DNA of 19,513 nt from an uncultured Nitrososphaerota archaeon (lineage in GTDB: Archaea > Korarchaeota > Korarchaeia > Korarchaeales > Korarchaeaceae): NCBI GenBank assembly GCA_964594835.1, contig CAZQNA010000017.1, positions 1-19,513 on the forward strand, in the 5' to 3' direction. Each line of letters begins with the position of its first letter. Position 1 is the stretch's first letter. A program made the position numbers and the translations under genes. Shown one piece after another: positions 1-8,640 of the stretch. Under the pieces are notes generated by a model that did no database searches, had not been told where the DNA came from, and was given only the letters and a program-made list of their open reading frames with translations.

Positions 1-987
1 GAGAGGCTGGAGTCGATAATCAAGGCGTCCCTAGGTGGGGGGTCAGGATCTAGAAAGCAGAGGACTCTCCTCGACGAGGAGGATGTGGTGCTCGCGGATC
101 CCAGCAAGGTGAGCGTCTACCTGCCCGACAAGATAAGGTCTAAGGTGAAGAGGGACTCGTTGGACACCATGAGGATCATACTGGCCTCCATAGAGGAGTT
201 CGAGGACCCCGACTTCAGGGACTTCTGCAAGGTCCCGCTGATGTACTGGATGCGGAGCATGCTCACGAAGCAGGATCCGGACAAGATCGTGAAGACCTAC
301 CTCGACCACCTCTGGAGGATGTACTTCGCGCTCCACTTCCTCAAGCTCTTCAGGGAGAGGGTGGCACGCCTAGAGCCGGCGCCTGCCAAGATACTGGTGG
401 GCGACTCCACGGAGCTGAGGAGGGTCTTAGAGGGCGGGGCCAGCGAGGAGCTGGCCGAGGGGTTCGACGGGGTCGTCACCAGCCCGCCCTACATGACGGC
501 CATAGACTACGTCGGGGACCAGCTCTACGCCCTCTACGCCCTCGGGTTCACCAAAGATCACCTGGAGATCGACAAGAAAACGCTCGGATCCACGAAGGCC
601 GTTGAGGACCTGTCCCTCCAGATAACTAGGGGCGGGGCCGCGTTCTCCGAGCTCCCAGCGTCGATAAGGGAGTTCCTCACCGCGGTCTACAGGCACAGGA
701 GAAAGCACGCCTCGGCCCTCCTGAAGTACTTCCACGGGATCCTGAGATCCTTCAGGGAGCTCAGAGAGGTCGTGAAGCCCGGAGGGAGGGTGGTGTGGAT
801 AATCGGGAAGCAGCAGGTGATGAAGCTCAACGAGGATAGGGTAACCGTGCCGGTGGCCAAGATGATGGAGGAGCTGGGTGAGACGGCTGGCCTGAGGCAC
901 CAGAGGACCATACACGTGGAGCTGGCCAAATCTTCAGAGAGGGGCGCCATTCCGACTGAGAGCCTGATATTCTTCGAGAACCCCTGA
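1..987 (+). CDS. DNA amino-methyltransferase (probably N4-cytosine), 5'-truncated by the window edge
   Basis: Frame is open from base 1 (ERLESIIKAS...) to TGA at 985-987. Catalytic motif IV GVVTSPPY, preceded by GDST and followed by VKPGGRVVWIIG. Motif I is not seen and probably lies upstream of the window. Confidence 0.9.
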   Translation, partial: ERLESIIKASLGGGSGSRKQRTLLDEEDVVLADPSKVSVYLPDKIRSKVKRDSLDTMRIILASIEEFEDPDFRDFCKVPLMYWMRSMLTKQDPDKIVKTYLDHLWRMYFALHFLKLFRERVARLEPAPAKILVGDSTELRRVLEGGASEELAEGFDGVVTSPPYMTAIDYVGDQLYALYALGFTKDHLEIDKKTLGSTKAVEDLSLQITRGGAAFSELPASIREFLTAVYRHRRKHASALLKYFHGILRSFRELREVVKPGGRVVWIIGKQQVMKLNEDRVTVPVAKMMEELGETAGLRHQRTIHVELAKSSERGAIPTESLIFFENP

Positions 988-1036
988 CAGTCAGCAAAAG
1001 TTTTCATAAAGACCGATAGACCCGTCAGGGGTCGAC

Positions 1037-2308
1037 CTGCCCCTACGCAGGCTGCTCTGCCTTCGCCCCACGGAGGGCCTCTCGCTGGAAGAGAGGTGGC
1101 TGCGAGATGCCTACGAGAACATCCTAAAGAACCTCGTATCAGCGTGCCTACCCGGAGTGAGGGGGGCGGTGACCGAGTTTGACCCCCTCTCGAGGGCCTT
1201 CCACGGACTCGACAGGGTCACGGAGCCCTTCGACAGGTACGAGTTCGAGGCCAACCTGACGCTCACCTCGTACTACCACGCCTCGAAGGGCGGGCGGGGG
1301 AAGCTGCTGGAGAAGCTGATCGCCCTGAAGGCCGGTGAGAGGGGGACTCTGAACTTGAAGCTCAGCGAACTCCCCGCCTACCTCGAAGCGCCGAACATCA
1401 GGTCAAAGCTGAAGCCCAGGGGGGAGAGGCTCAGCAGGGAGGAGAGGGAACTCCTCAACACGCTGAGGAGCAAGTGGTCGTGGAGAGGGTCCCCTCAGGA
1501 GGACCTGACGATAGACCTAGTCAACCTCAGGTCGGACGGCACGCTGGCGTTTCTAGAGGTCAAGAACAGGGTGGACAGCGGCGGAACGGCCGCCAGGAGA
1601 GAGACCCTAGACAAGTTTGGCCGGCTCCTCAGAGTGGCCGCGACAAATCAGACCCTCTACTCGGACGGCCAGAGGCAGTTCTCACTGACCGACCTCCTGG
1701 CGAAATTTGGCGTGGGCAAGCTGAGGGCCATTTCGGGCTTCCTGTACAGCCCAGCCGGCGGTCCCGCCACGTTGGAGGACGACGAGAGGTACGGGTTCGT
1801 CGGAGAGAGCAGGAGGAGAATCTCGGAGCTGAGCACCGAGTTTCAGGATCAGCCTGACTTCAGCTTCGATCAGGACCGCATGAGGCTGTCCTTCAGGTTC
1901 GCCAGTGTAACGTACACGCTCGAGGCGGCGTACGGCGACGAGATAACGGAGAGGTTCTGCGACAGGCCGTTTCCAGTGGCCGAGCTCCTCGAGGCAGGGT
2001 ACGACGACATGTGGCTTGCTCTGGCCGTCGCCGTGAGGGAGAGGACTATGCTCAAGAAGCTTGGGATCAACACGATCACTGTCCTCTTGAGAGCGGTCGA
2101 GGAGGAAGACAAGGTCTCGGACGCAATGAAGAGACTGATTGACTCGGAGGGAGACGACGAGTCAGCGCTGGAGATCATCGTCAGGAGCTTAGACGCCAGA
2201 CTACCTGAAGAGGTGAAGGAGCGCGTAGTGAGCGAGATCGGTAGCCTAGACGGGTATTTGGCCGACGTGATCTTCATAACCACTGCATTCCTTGCGGTGG
2301 GTGGATAG
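1037..2308 (+). CDS. Putative type II restriction endonuclease (PD-(D/E)XK fold)
   Basis: GKLLEKLI helix followed by TIDLV...FLEVKNR. Directly downstream of the MTase. Frame is open back to 1010. The start is uncertain: CTG 1037 or GTG 1157. Confidence 0.7.
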   Translation: MPLRRLLCLRPTEGLSLEERWLRDAYENILKNLVSACLPGVRGAVTEFDPLSRAFHGLDRVTEPFDRYEFEANLTLTSYYHASKGGRGKLLEKLIALKAGERGTLNLKLSELPAYLEAPNIRSKLKPRGERLSREERELLNTLRSKWSWRGSPQEDLTIDLVNLRSDGTLAFLEVKNRVDSGGTAARRETLDKFGRLLRVAATNQTLYSDGQRQFSLTDLLAKFGVGKLRAISGFLYSPAGGPATLEDDERYGFVGESRRRISELSTEFQDQPDFSFDQDRMRLSFRFASVTYTLEAAYGDEITERFCDRPFPVAELLEAGYDDMWLALAVAVRERTMLKKLGINTITVLLRAVEEEDKVSDAMKRLIDSEGDDESALEIIVRSLDARLPEEVKERVVSEIGSLDGYLADVIFITTAFLAVGG

Positions 2309-2313
2309 AAAGT

Positions 2314-3126
2314 TCAACGAAGCAGTTGGAGATTTCTCTTCGCTTCTTCCAGAACGCTCATTAGGCTGAAGTAGAGCTCTCCTGCCAGAGTAAGCTCCAC
2401 TCTGATCTCTCTGCCCTCCCTTACCCGCCTTATCAGACCACCTTGCTCCAGTCGTGATAAGTGGTACGAGAGCCTAGAGGCCACCGCTCCCTTCTTGGGA
2501 CTCTTCGGTCTCTCACCTGAGGCTATCCTCTCAACTAGTTCCTTGAGTGAGATTCCCCCACCGGCCTTAGAGACTTCCCTCAGAACGAGGTAGGCGGCCC
2601 GGGAGGGCAAAGCGGCCCTAGGGACTGGGATCTCTACGATCTCTCCCGGGCCCCACGCGGATCCCCTCTCCAACAAGTAGGTCCGCAGCCCTCTCGTCTC
2701 TAGAAGCGAGGCGGATTCAAGCCTGGCTAGGAGCCTCTCCCGCGATGCCACGTAGTAGACTCGAGGCCTGACGGGAGAGACCATCGCGGCGATCAGCAGC
2801 CCGGCCTCAGTTACCTTGGGCGCCGAGGTTATGCAGAAGTACGTCTCTCCCCGATTTCCAACCTCCAGGGAGATCCTCAGCGCGACCCTCGCCACCTCCA
2901 CTACGTTCAGAAGGTTCAGCCTGAGTTCGACTATCCTCCCCTCTTCGTCTAGGGTGAAGTACCTCTCCCTGATCTTCCGGACATAAGGATCGAATTTCTC
3001 CTCAAAATCTCCGGTTCCCCTGAGTAGGATGATCTTCGTGACGCCGAAGTGGTCCAGACCCCTGACGAGTCTCTCGTACTCGAACCCCGTGGGGATCACG
3101 TGGACCTTCTCTTCTCTTAAAGACAT
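2314..3126 (-). CDS. DUF6293/HFX_2341-like transcriptional regulator (CARF-like Rossmann domain plus C-terminal winged HTH)
   Basis: N-terminal VHVIPTGFEYERLV and FCITSAPKV. C-terminal ISLKELVE...LSYHLSRLEQGGLIRRVREGREIRVELTLAG wHTH. ATG at 3126 preferred to the longer TTG start. Confidence 0.75.
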   Translation of the reverse strand: MSLREEKVHVIPTGFEYERLVRGLDHFGVTKIILLRGTGDFEEKFDPYVRKIRERYFTLDEEGRIVELRLNLLNVVEVARVALRISLEVGNRGETYFCITSAPKVTEAGLLIAAMVSPVRPRVYYVASRERLLARLESASLLETRGLRTYLLERGSAWGPGEIVEIPVPRAALPSRAAYLVLREVSKAGGGISLKELVERIASGERPKSPKKGAVASRLSYHLSRLEQGGLIRRVREGREIRVELTLAGELYFSLMSVLEEAKRNLQLLR

Positions 3127-3129
3127 CGT

Positions 3130-3180
3130 TGAACTTCTCAAATTAGTTAAAGATAAATTTTGATTAAGCGCCTTACCGAC
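3130..3180. promoter_or_regulatory. AT-rich divergent promoter region
   Basis: CAAATTAGTTAAAGATAAATTTTGATTAAG between two head-to-head genes in otherwise GC-rich DNA. Confidence 0.6.
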
Positions 3181-3182
3181 AC

Positions 3183-3731
3183 GTGCCCGACTACCGGGTT
3201 CACGCCGCCTTGGGCTCGATCGCAGGTCTGTTAGCCGGTTTCGTGTTCTCTCTTGACTTATCTCTGGTACACGCCCTCATGGGCATCCTGGGGGGCCTCC
3301 TACCGGACATGGACGCGGAATCTTCCCTCGGTCACAGGCTCCTGCCCCTGCTGGGCGTGGCGGGGATCATCTGGGGTTCCCTTGACGGCTCTCACCTCGG
3401 TCTCTACATCATGGTTTGGGGCGCTATACTGGTGGCCGGGTACTTCGCACCGGCGCTAGGTCACAGGGGGCCGTGGCACGTCCTATCCCTGTTTCTGCCC
3501 ATCGTTCCCTACCTCGCGGCGGAATCGGCGGCGCCCTCCTACCTACTCGGCGAAGACCCCTGGGAGCTGGTCCTGCTGCTGATCGCGATGAACAGGACTG
3601 AGGAGGCCGCAATGCTTCTCCTGCTCTCGGACACCCTCACTCTGGGGACTCACGGACCGGATCCGCTCGGGCTGAGCGTGGCCGCGGTGGCCGGCGTGTT
3701 TTCCCACCTTCTGGCCGACATGGCCCACTAG
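3183..3731 (+). CDS. Membrane-bound metal-dependent hydrolase (YdjM/DUF457-like)
   Basis: Family motifs MPDYRVH, GGLLPDMD, GHRGPWH and SHLLAD, with several hydrophobic helices. Confidence 0.85.
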   Translation: MPDYRVHAALGSIAGLLAGFVFSLDLSLVHALMGILGGLLPDMDAESSLGHRLLPLLGVAGIIWGSLDGSHLGLYIMVWGAILVAGYFAPALGHRGPWHVLSLFLPIVPYLAAESAAPSYLLGEDPWELVLLLIAMNRTEEAAMLLLLSDTLTLGTHGPDPLGLSVAAVAGVFSHLLADMAH

Positions 3732-3741
3732 GTGAGCGACT

Positions 3742-5820
3742 GTGGCGCGCCTCAGGAGACTAAGGGCCCTCCAAATCTTTGCGCTCCTGGCGCTAATTGT
3801 ACCTACAGCCGCCTCCCTGGGCTTCGGGGGTGGGCAGCAGAACCCTGACGCGCTACCCCGAGTCGAGGTAGGAGAGATCTTCACCGCGCACAGGGTTCAC
3901 CTGCCCGACGCTAGGGTATCGGAGCGACACCGCGTCGACGTGCGGATTAGAGTGCCAAGCCTCCGAGGGCCGGGCCCCCACAACGTCACTATCGCGGTCT
4001 TCCCCCAGGCCGGGCCGCTCAACCTGAAGCTCCAGCTAGAGGACTATCACGCGGCGGACTGGGCGAACGTCACCGTGAGCGACGAAGGCTCCCGCGTGGT
4101 GGTCCACGCGTGGAACATCACTGAAGACATCTTTTGGATCCACCTAGAGATCCGCCTGAACGGATCGGTTCGATGGGATCCGATAGACTTCGGATGGGCA
4201 GACCCCCCTCCCAACGATGTGCTGCTATTCAGGGAGGTTCCAAAGTTTGAGTTCCTACTCAGGGCCAGCGATCGAGCCCCACAGTCGCAGATAAAGGTCA
4301 TAGTGAACTCCCTCGCCCTCCTCCCATCCAGTAGGTGGTGGCTGGACACCAACCTCAGCGTGGAGGCCGAGTGGCTCGAGCCAAAGGATGGAGAGTGCTG
4401 GTTCTTCGCCAACCTCTCCGAGATCGAGCCCGGGCAGTACCCAATATCCCTTCGGCTGCCGCGGGCCGGAACTGTTAGCCGCTTCAGGCCGAATGTCCAG
4501 GCCGAACTCACGATCCCCGACTGGAGACTCGAGGATCTCGGCTACTCCGCGTCGGTGGACGGCAGGCCCGTGAACATCACCCTCTCATCGACGACCATCT
4601 ACAAAGCCGGGTACAGACTCCTGGCCGAGCCCCTTCCTGGGAGGAGCTTCACGCTCATGGGATTTGAAGAAGTTCCCGTGGAGTTCGAGGCGCCCGGCTG
4701 GTTCTCCGCAAGGCTGGATCCCGAGGGCCTCGAGAGGATCTTGGCTATCGAGATCCCGGAAGGCGTCGAGATAACGGACCTCAGCGCCAGCGAGACGGAG
4801 GTCCATGGGCGGGAAGCCCTCCTGCTGACCGTCAAGCTCTCCGAGCCAGCGAACGTCACCCTGCTGCTCGGGGTACCCCGACTGGCCTACCCCCTGGAGT
4901 TCGGCAGGTTCTACAGGTCGCAGATCCCCCAGGTGATTGTGGAGGAATTCACCAGGCCGGAGAGGCTCATCGAATCCGACGACCCCTTCGTCCGGCTGTG
5001 GGCGGATCAGGTCTTGGGCGACGAGGAGGACGTGGTGAGGGCGGCCTACTTGGTGGCCTACAACCTGTCGAACACGCTGGTCTACGACTCCGAGAAGGCC
5101 AACGCGTCCGAGAGCGGCGTCTGGCGCGGGTACGAGGGGGCCAAGGAGGCCCTGATGAGGAGGAAGGGGGTCTGCAGAGACTTTGCCAGGGCCGCCGTGG
5201 CCCTGCTCAGGGCCAAGGGCCTTCCGGCTAGATACGTCACGGGCTACCTGATAACGGGCGAGGACGTGAAGGGCGCCCACGCGTGGTTTGAGTTCTACGT
5301 CCCGGGCCTGGGGTGGGTTCCCGCTGATGCCACGGCCCCGAAAGGGAAGTCGAGGTACGTTGAGCCCAAGATCGGCGTGCTGAGTGACCACCTGTACGTG
5401 ACCGCGCTCTGGGGAAGGAACCTGCGTCCGGCGGAGACCGCTGGGGCGAACAGGAGCAGGGCCAAAGAGGTCTTGGCGGAGATGATAGAGCTGACCGGGC
5501 GGAAGCTGACCGGAGATCGGCTGTACGGTTGGGTCAAGGGGGAGGAGAGGGCGCTGGCGCTCGGAGAGCTGGGTGAGGCTGAGTACCTGCTGGCGAATGG
5601 GGACTACCACGAGGCGCTCGTCACCGTGGCCTGGGTTCAGGAGAGGGCGAGAGGTTTCCGCCGGATGGTCGTCGAAGTGATTGTGGGGCTATCGCTATTA
5701 GTGCTGTCTGCTTTAGGGGTCAAGCAGGTTTTCAAACTTATCCAGGGCGAGAAGTCACGCAGGAGGCTTTCATATTCCGAGGCTATTTCGGAGAGCCAGC
5801 AGCACGCCTGCCAACATTAA
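3742..5820 (+). CDS. Secreted, membrane-anchored transglutaminase-like (Cys protease fold) protein
   Basis: Signal-peptide-like N-terminus. GVCRDFA...GLPARYVTGY...HAWFEFY...GWVPADAT gives a Cys-His-Asp triad. C-terminal transmembrane helix. Confidence 0.9.
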   Translation: MARLRRLRALQIFALLALIVPTAASLGFGGGQQNPDALPRVEVGEIFTAHRVHLPDARVSERHRVDVRIRVPSLRGPGPHNVTIAVFPQAGPLNLKLQLEDYHAADWANVTVSDEGSRVVVHAWNITEDIFWIHLEIRLNGSVRWDPIDFGWADPPPNDVLLFREVPKFEFLLRASDRAPQSQIKVIVNSLALLPSSRWWLDTNLSVEAEWLEPKDGECWFFANLSEIEPGQYPISLRLPRAGTVSRFRPNVQAELTIPDWRLEDLGYSASVDGRPVNITLSSTTIYKAGYRLLAEPLPGRSFTLMGFEEVPVEFEAPGWFSARLDPEGLERILAIEIPEGVEITDLSASETEVHGREALLLTVKLSEPANVTLLLGVPRLAYPLEFGRFYRSQIPQVIVEEFTRPERLIESDDPFVRLWADQVLGDEEDVVRAAYLVAYNLSNTLVYDSEKANASESGVWRGYEGAKEALMRRKGVCRDFARAAVALLRAKGLPARYVTGYLITGEDVKGAHAWFEFYVPGLGWVPADATAPKGKSRYVEPKIGVLSDHLYVTALWGRNLRPAETAGANRSRAKEVLAEMIELTGRKLTGDRLYGWVKGEERALALGELGEAEYLLANGDYHEALVTVAWVQERARGFRRMVVEVIVGLSLLVLSALGVKQVFKLIQGEKSRRRLSYSEAISESQQHACQH

Positions 5821-5976
5821 AGATCCGTTCCCCCATGCGTTGCAGGGCGGAGCTTTTCGTTCACTATGTTAGCGATCAAGTTCGCATGAGCTCAGTAAGG
5901 TTGACTGATAATCGAAATTCTTGGTCCTAAGATCTAAGAGTTACCCAAATAACTATTTTGCAGGCGTGATCACATA

Positions 5977-6921
5977 ATGCGATCTGCGGAGAGGCAAGGG
6001 GAGCTGGAACGGTGCGACGGTAAAGAGGATCCGATAGAACTCCTCCTAAAGCACAAGAGAGAGTTGGCGTCCGCTCTTTTAGTGATCTTCGTTACCCTAT
6101 CGTATTTTACCAGCTTGCCTCCATCAAGATCAACTATTTACGTTAATTACTATGACCAATCCAAAAGCTCCGATTTCAGATTCTTGTTAAATGAACTAAA
6201 CAAAAAATGGAGGAAAGATGTCTTGACCAGGGAGGATCTCAACATAAGTCCATGGAACTTGAAAATATACAGAACAAAACTAGACCTCTTCAAGTACGAA
6301 AGGGACATCCTCTTTTTCAGGGTGGCGATATCTCGGTCGGACGGAGGTACTCTTACATCCCCCGTCCCATCTCCATGGGGCACAAGCACGCTCGGTAAAT
6401 CATTTGTAGAGCGGAATCTGGCGCTTCTCCTGATGGTAGAAGACGAAAAAGGATTGGTACGGGGTAAGTACACCCTTGAGATTTCGCTCAGGGATAATAC
6501 AACTTCCATAGAACTACCCTTTGCTCTGAAAGTCCCTGATGATATGAGGGGCAAAGATGTGACTGTGCACGCTTGGCTCTATGTTACAGGCGGGGATGAT
6601 AAAATAAGCTATATAAATCATGAAATATACGGATTAATTCCATACGATTACAAGGAGTATTGTAAGGTTTACAGTTACAAATCATTTCAAACGTGGGGTG
6701 AACTGTTTTCGATAGTCTTGCTATCCCAAAGCATATGGGGCTTGGTAGCAGGAGCTGCAGGGTGGACTTTATCCTGGTTAATTGGTTTAATTGGCAGAAG
6801 ATATCCTAGAATTTCGGTTGAGCTAGCTAAATATAAATCAGTTCTACTAATCTCGGTTTTAGCACTATTCTTATCCTTAATCTCGACCTTGATCGTTTCA
6901 TACTTAGTCTCAATATCATAG
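5977..6921 (+). CDS. Hypothetical membrane protein, low GC
   Basis: 314-aa ORF with one N-terminal and about two C-terminal hydrophobic segments. Two sampled 60-nt lines are 32% and 37% GC. Confidence 0.7.
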   Translation: MRSAERQGELERCDGKEDPIELLLKHKRELASALLVIFVTLSYFTSLPPSRSTIYVNYYDQSKSSDFRFLLNELNKKWRKDVLTREDLNISPWNLKIYRTKLDLFKYERDILFFRVAISRSDGGTLTSPVPSPWGTSTLGKSFVERNLALLLMVEDEKGLVRGKYTLEISLRDNTTSIELPFALKVPDDMRGKDVTVHAWLYVTGGDDKISYINHEIYGLIPYDYKEYCKVYSYKSFQTWGELFSIVLLSQSIWGLVAGAAGWTLSWLIGLIGRRYPRISVELAKYKSVLLISVLALFLSLISTLIVSYLVSIS

Positions 6922-7000
6922 TAGCTGAAGTTCTCCAAATTAGAGTAATGGGCGCCCCCAACACCCCCTGTCCTCTAGGAACCTGCAGGGCCCTAAAGGC

Positions 7001-7014
7001 AAGGTTTAATTACC
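7001..7014 (+). promoter_or_regulatory. BRE/TATA-like promoter of the tRNA
   Basis: AAGGTTTAATTACC about 25-35 nt upstream of the tRNA 5' end. Confidence 0.6.
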
Positions 7015-7037
7015 GCATCGGGTTTCTACCTGCCTGC

Positions 7038-7167
7038 GGGCCGGTGGCGCAGACTGGTAGATCTAGTCTCTGGGGGCTTCTCGGCTAAAATCTCCCCCGG
7101 AGACGGAGCCAAACGCGCCCCCTTGGCATGGGGGAGGTCGCGGGTTCGAATCCCGCCCGGTCCACCA
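7038..7167 (+). tRNA. tRNA-Ala(GGC) with a 53-nt intron (7061-7113) at position 22/23; CCA encoded
   Basis: Acceptor stem GGGCCGG/CCGGTCC with a G3:U70 pair. D stem GCGC/G|CGC is restored by splicing. Anticodon arm CCCCC-TTGGCAT-GGGGG, T arm GCGGG-TTCGAAT-CCCGC, ACCA end. Confidence 0.95.
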
Positions 7168-7239
7168 TTTTCCCATAATTTTGGGTTCACAGAAAGCCTC
7201 TTTCATGAAAAGCAGCACCTTGGCCCTCCCGATGTAGGC

Positions 7240-8640
7240 TTAGTTAGCTGTCACCCTTACGAGGGAGCTCCTCACCAACTCTCCGCTTCCACCCACCTCC
7301 AGCAGGATGAGCGCCCCCTCCCTACATCCTCCGATCCTGATGTACTCCTTCAGCTGGGCTTTGTACCTCCCGAGCGACGCCGGGGCAAACCTGCGCATCG
7401 GCCTCAGCGTGGTCTTCACGTCGACTGGTCCCACCTCGCCGCCAACGAATCTGGCAAACAGGTCGGGCCTGTGGTTCTGCTCATACAGCCGCCTCCAGCG
7501 GCTGGTTTTTACCCACCTCTCGATCCGCGAGCTGATCTCTCTCAACACCTCAAACTTGCCGCTCAGCCCGAGTTCTTTGACAATAAGCTCTCCAGCCTTC
7601 CCTAGCCTTGGCGAGGCGGACGCCCTATTGGCCCTGACCTCCAGTATGATCTCTTGGGAGACGTAGATTCGCCCATCCAAGGTGACGTAGTAGTAGAACG
7701 GCAGGCCGGTCAGTCTGACGCCGTTCTCCTCCAGCACGCCCCGAACCGTCCTGTCCCTGAGTCTGACCTCGATCTGACCTCTTCGGGGTACGTGCCACCC
7801 CAGCAGGGGCTTGTATCTCGAGTCCCCGGGAACTCCGACGTAAGATCTCCCGTTTGAGAGGAGCCTTAGCGTCAGATCCCCTATGGGGATGTCCACTCTC
7901 ATGACGCCGGGCCCTGCAGTTCTGCCTGATGACCCGATTCTCACTCTCTCCAACGGAAGTCGCCAAGTTACGCCTCCGACAGGCCTGATTAGGATACATT
8001 CCTCATCGACCTCTGTCCAGGGAAATCCCCTACAAATCTCCGAGATCAGCTCTCGCTTGCTGAGTTTGGAGATCTTGAGTTCCGTCAGTCCGGGCTTGAG
8101 CCCCTCCAGCTTGAGCCCCTTGCCCACCACCCTGGCTAGCGCTCTCCTCCCCTGCACCCTCACCTTCACGTACTCCCCCTCGACGCCCCACGCCCTGAGC
8201 AGGGGCCTGCCCACGTACAGCCTGCCGTTGGGCCTCACCACGACCAGCTTCCTCGCCCCCAGCAGCGACTGAGCAGCCTCCCTCGGCTCGGCCCCAGCCC
8301 TGAGGAGCTCCTCGACGTAGCCCAGCAGCCTCTGCTCTCCGGCCAGGCACCTCCTCTCCCTGGGCGGGAACTTCAGGAGGGTCAGCCTGATGGCCCTGAG
8401 CAGGGGGCCCGCGTCTTCGCCAAGCCTGGAGGCCAGGGACTCCAGGGCCCTCAGGGCGTCTGCTCCAACGCCCTCCGTCGAGGCGAGGAGCCTCAGCTCC
8501 CTCCAGGCGCCGGGCCCCTCGGCGCCACGGCGATCGCGGTCCGCGCGAGGGGGTGCGAGGCCCCCGTCAGCTCCCTCGAAAAAATCCGGGATCAGGGGGC
8601 GGCAGGCTCCGCAGTAGGCCGTCTCCACCGCTCGCCTCAA
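7240..8640 (-). CDS. Hypothetical protein with repeated AbrB-like hairpins and a C-terminal PD-(D/E)XK nuclease domain
   Basis: C-terminal LGKAGELIV...RPDLFA...VDVKTT...AQLKEY. Internal NGRLYV, NGRSYV and DGRIYV motifs. Start codon uncertain. Confidence 0.7.
   Translation of the reverse strand: MRRAVETAYCGACRPLIPDFFEGADGGLAPPRADRDRRGAEGPGAWRELRLLASTEGVGADALRALESLASRLGEDAGPLLRAIRLTLLKFPPRERRCLAGEQRLLGYVEELLRAGAEPREAAQSLLGARKLVVVRPNGRLYVGRPLLRAWGVEGEYVKVRVQGRRALARVVGKGLKLEGLKPGLTELKISKLSKRELISEICRGFPWTEVDEECILIRPVGGVTWRLPLERVRIGSSGRTAGPGVMRVDIPIGDLTLRLLSNGRSYVGVPGDSRYKPLLGWHVPRRGQIEVRLRDRTVRGVLEENGVRLTGLPFYYYVTLDGRIYVSQEIILEVRANRASASPRLGKAGELIVKELGLSGKFEVLREISSRIERWVKTSRWRRLYEQNHRPDLFARFVGGEVGPVDVKTTLRPMRRFAPASLGRYKAQLKEYIRIGGCREGALILLEVGGSGELVRSSLVRVTAN

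Noticed and set aside
7061-7113. C/D-box guide RNA inside the tRNA intron
   Set aside because: No RTGATGA or CTGA boxes are present.
7123-7129. Reading the anticodon as TGG (Pro)
   Set aside because: The 7-nt loop TTGGCAT centres on GGC, and the G3:U70 pair is the alanine identity element.
7123-7605. 160-aa + strand ORF
   Set aside because: It overlaps the tRNA and is antisense to the nuclease gene.
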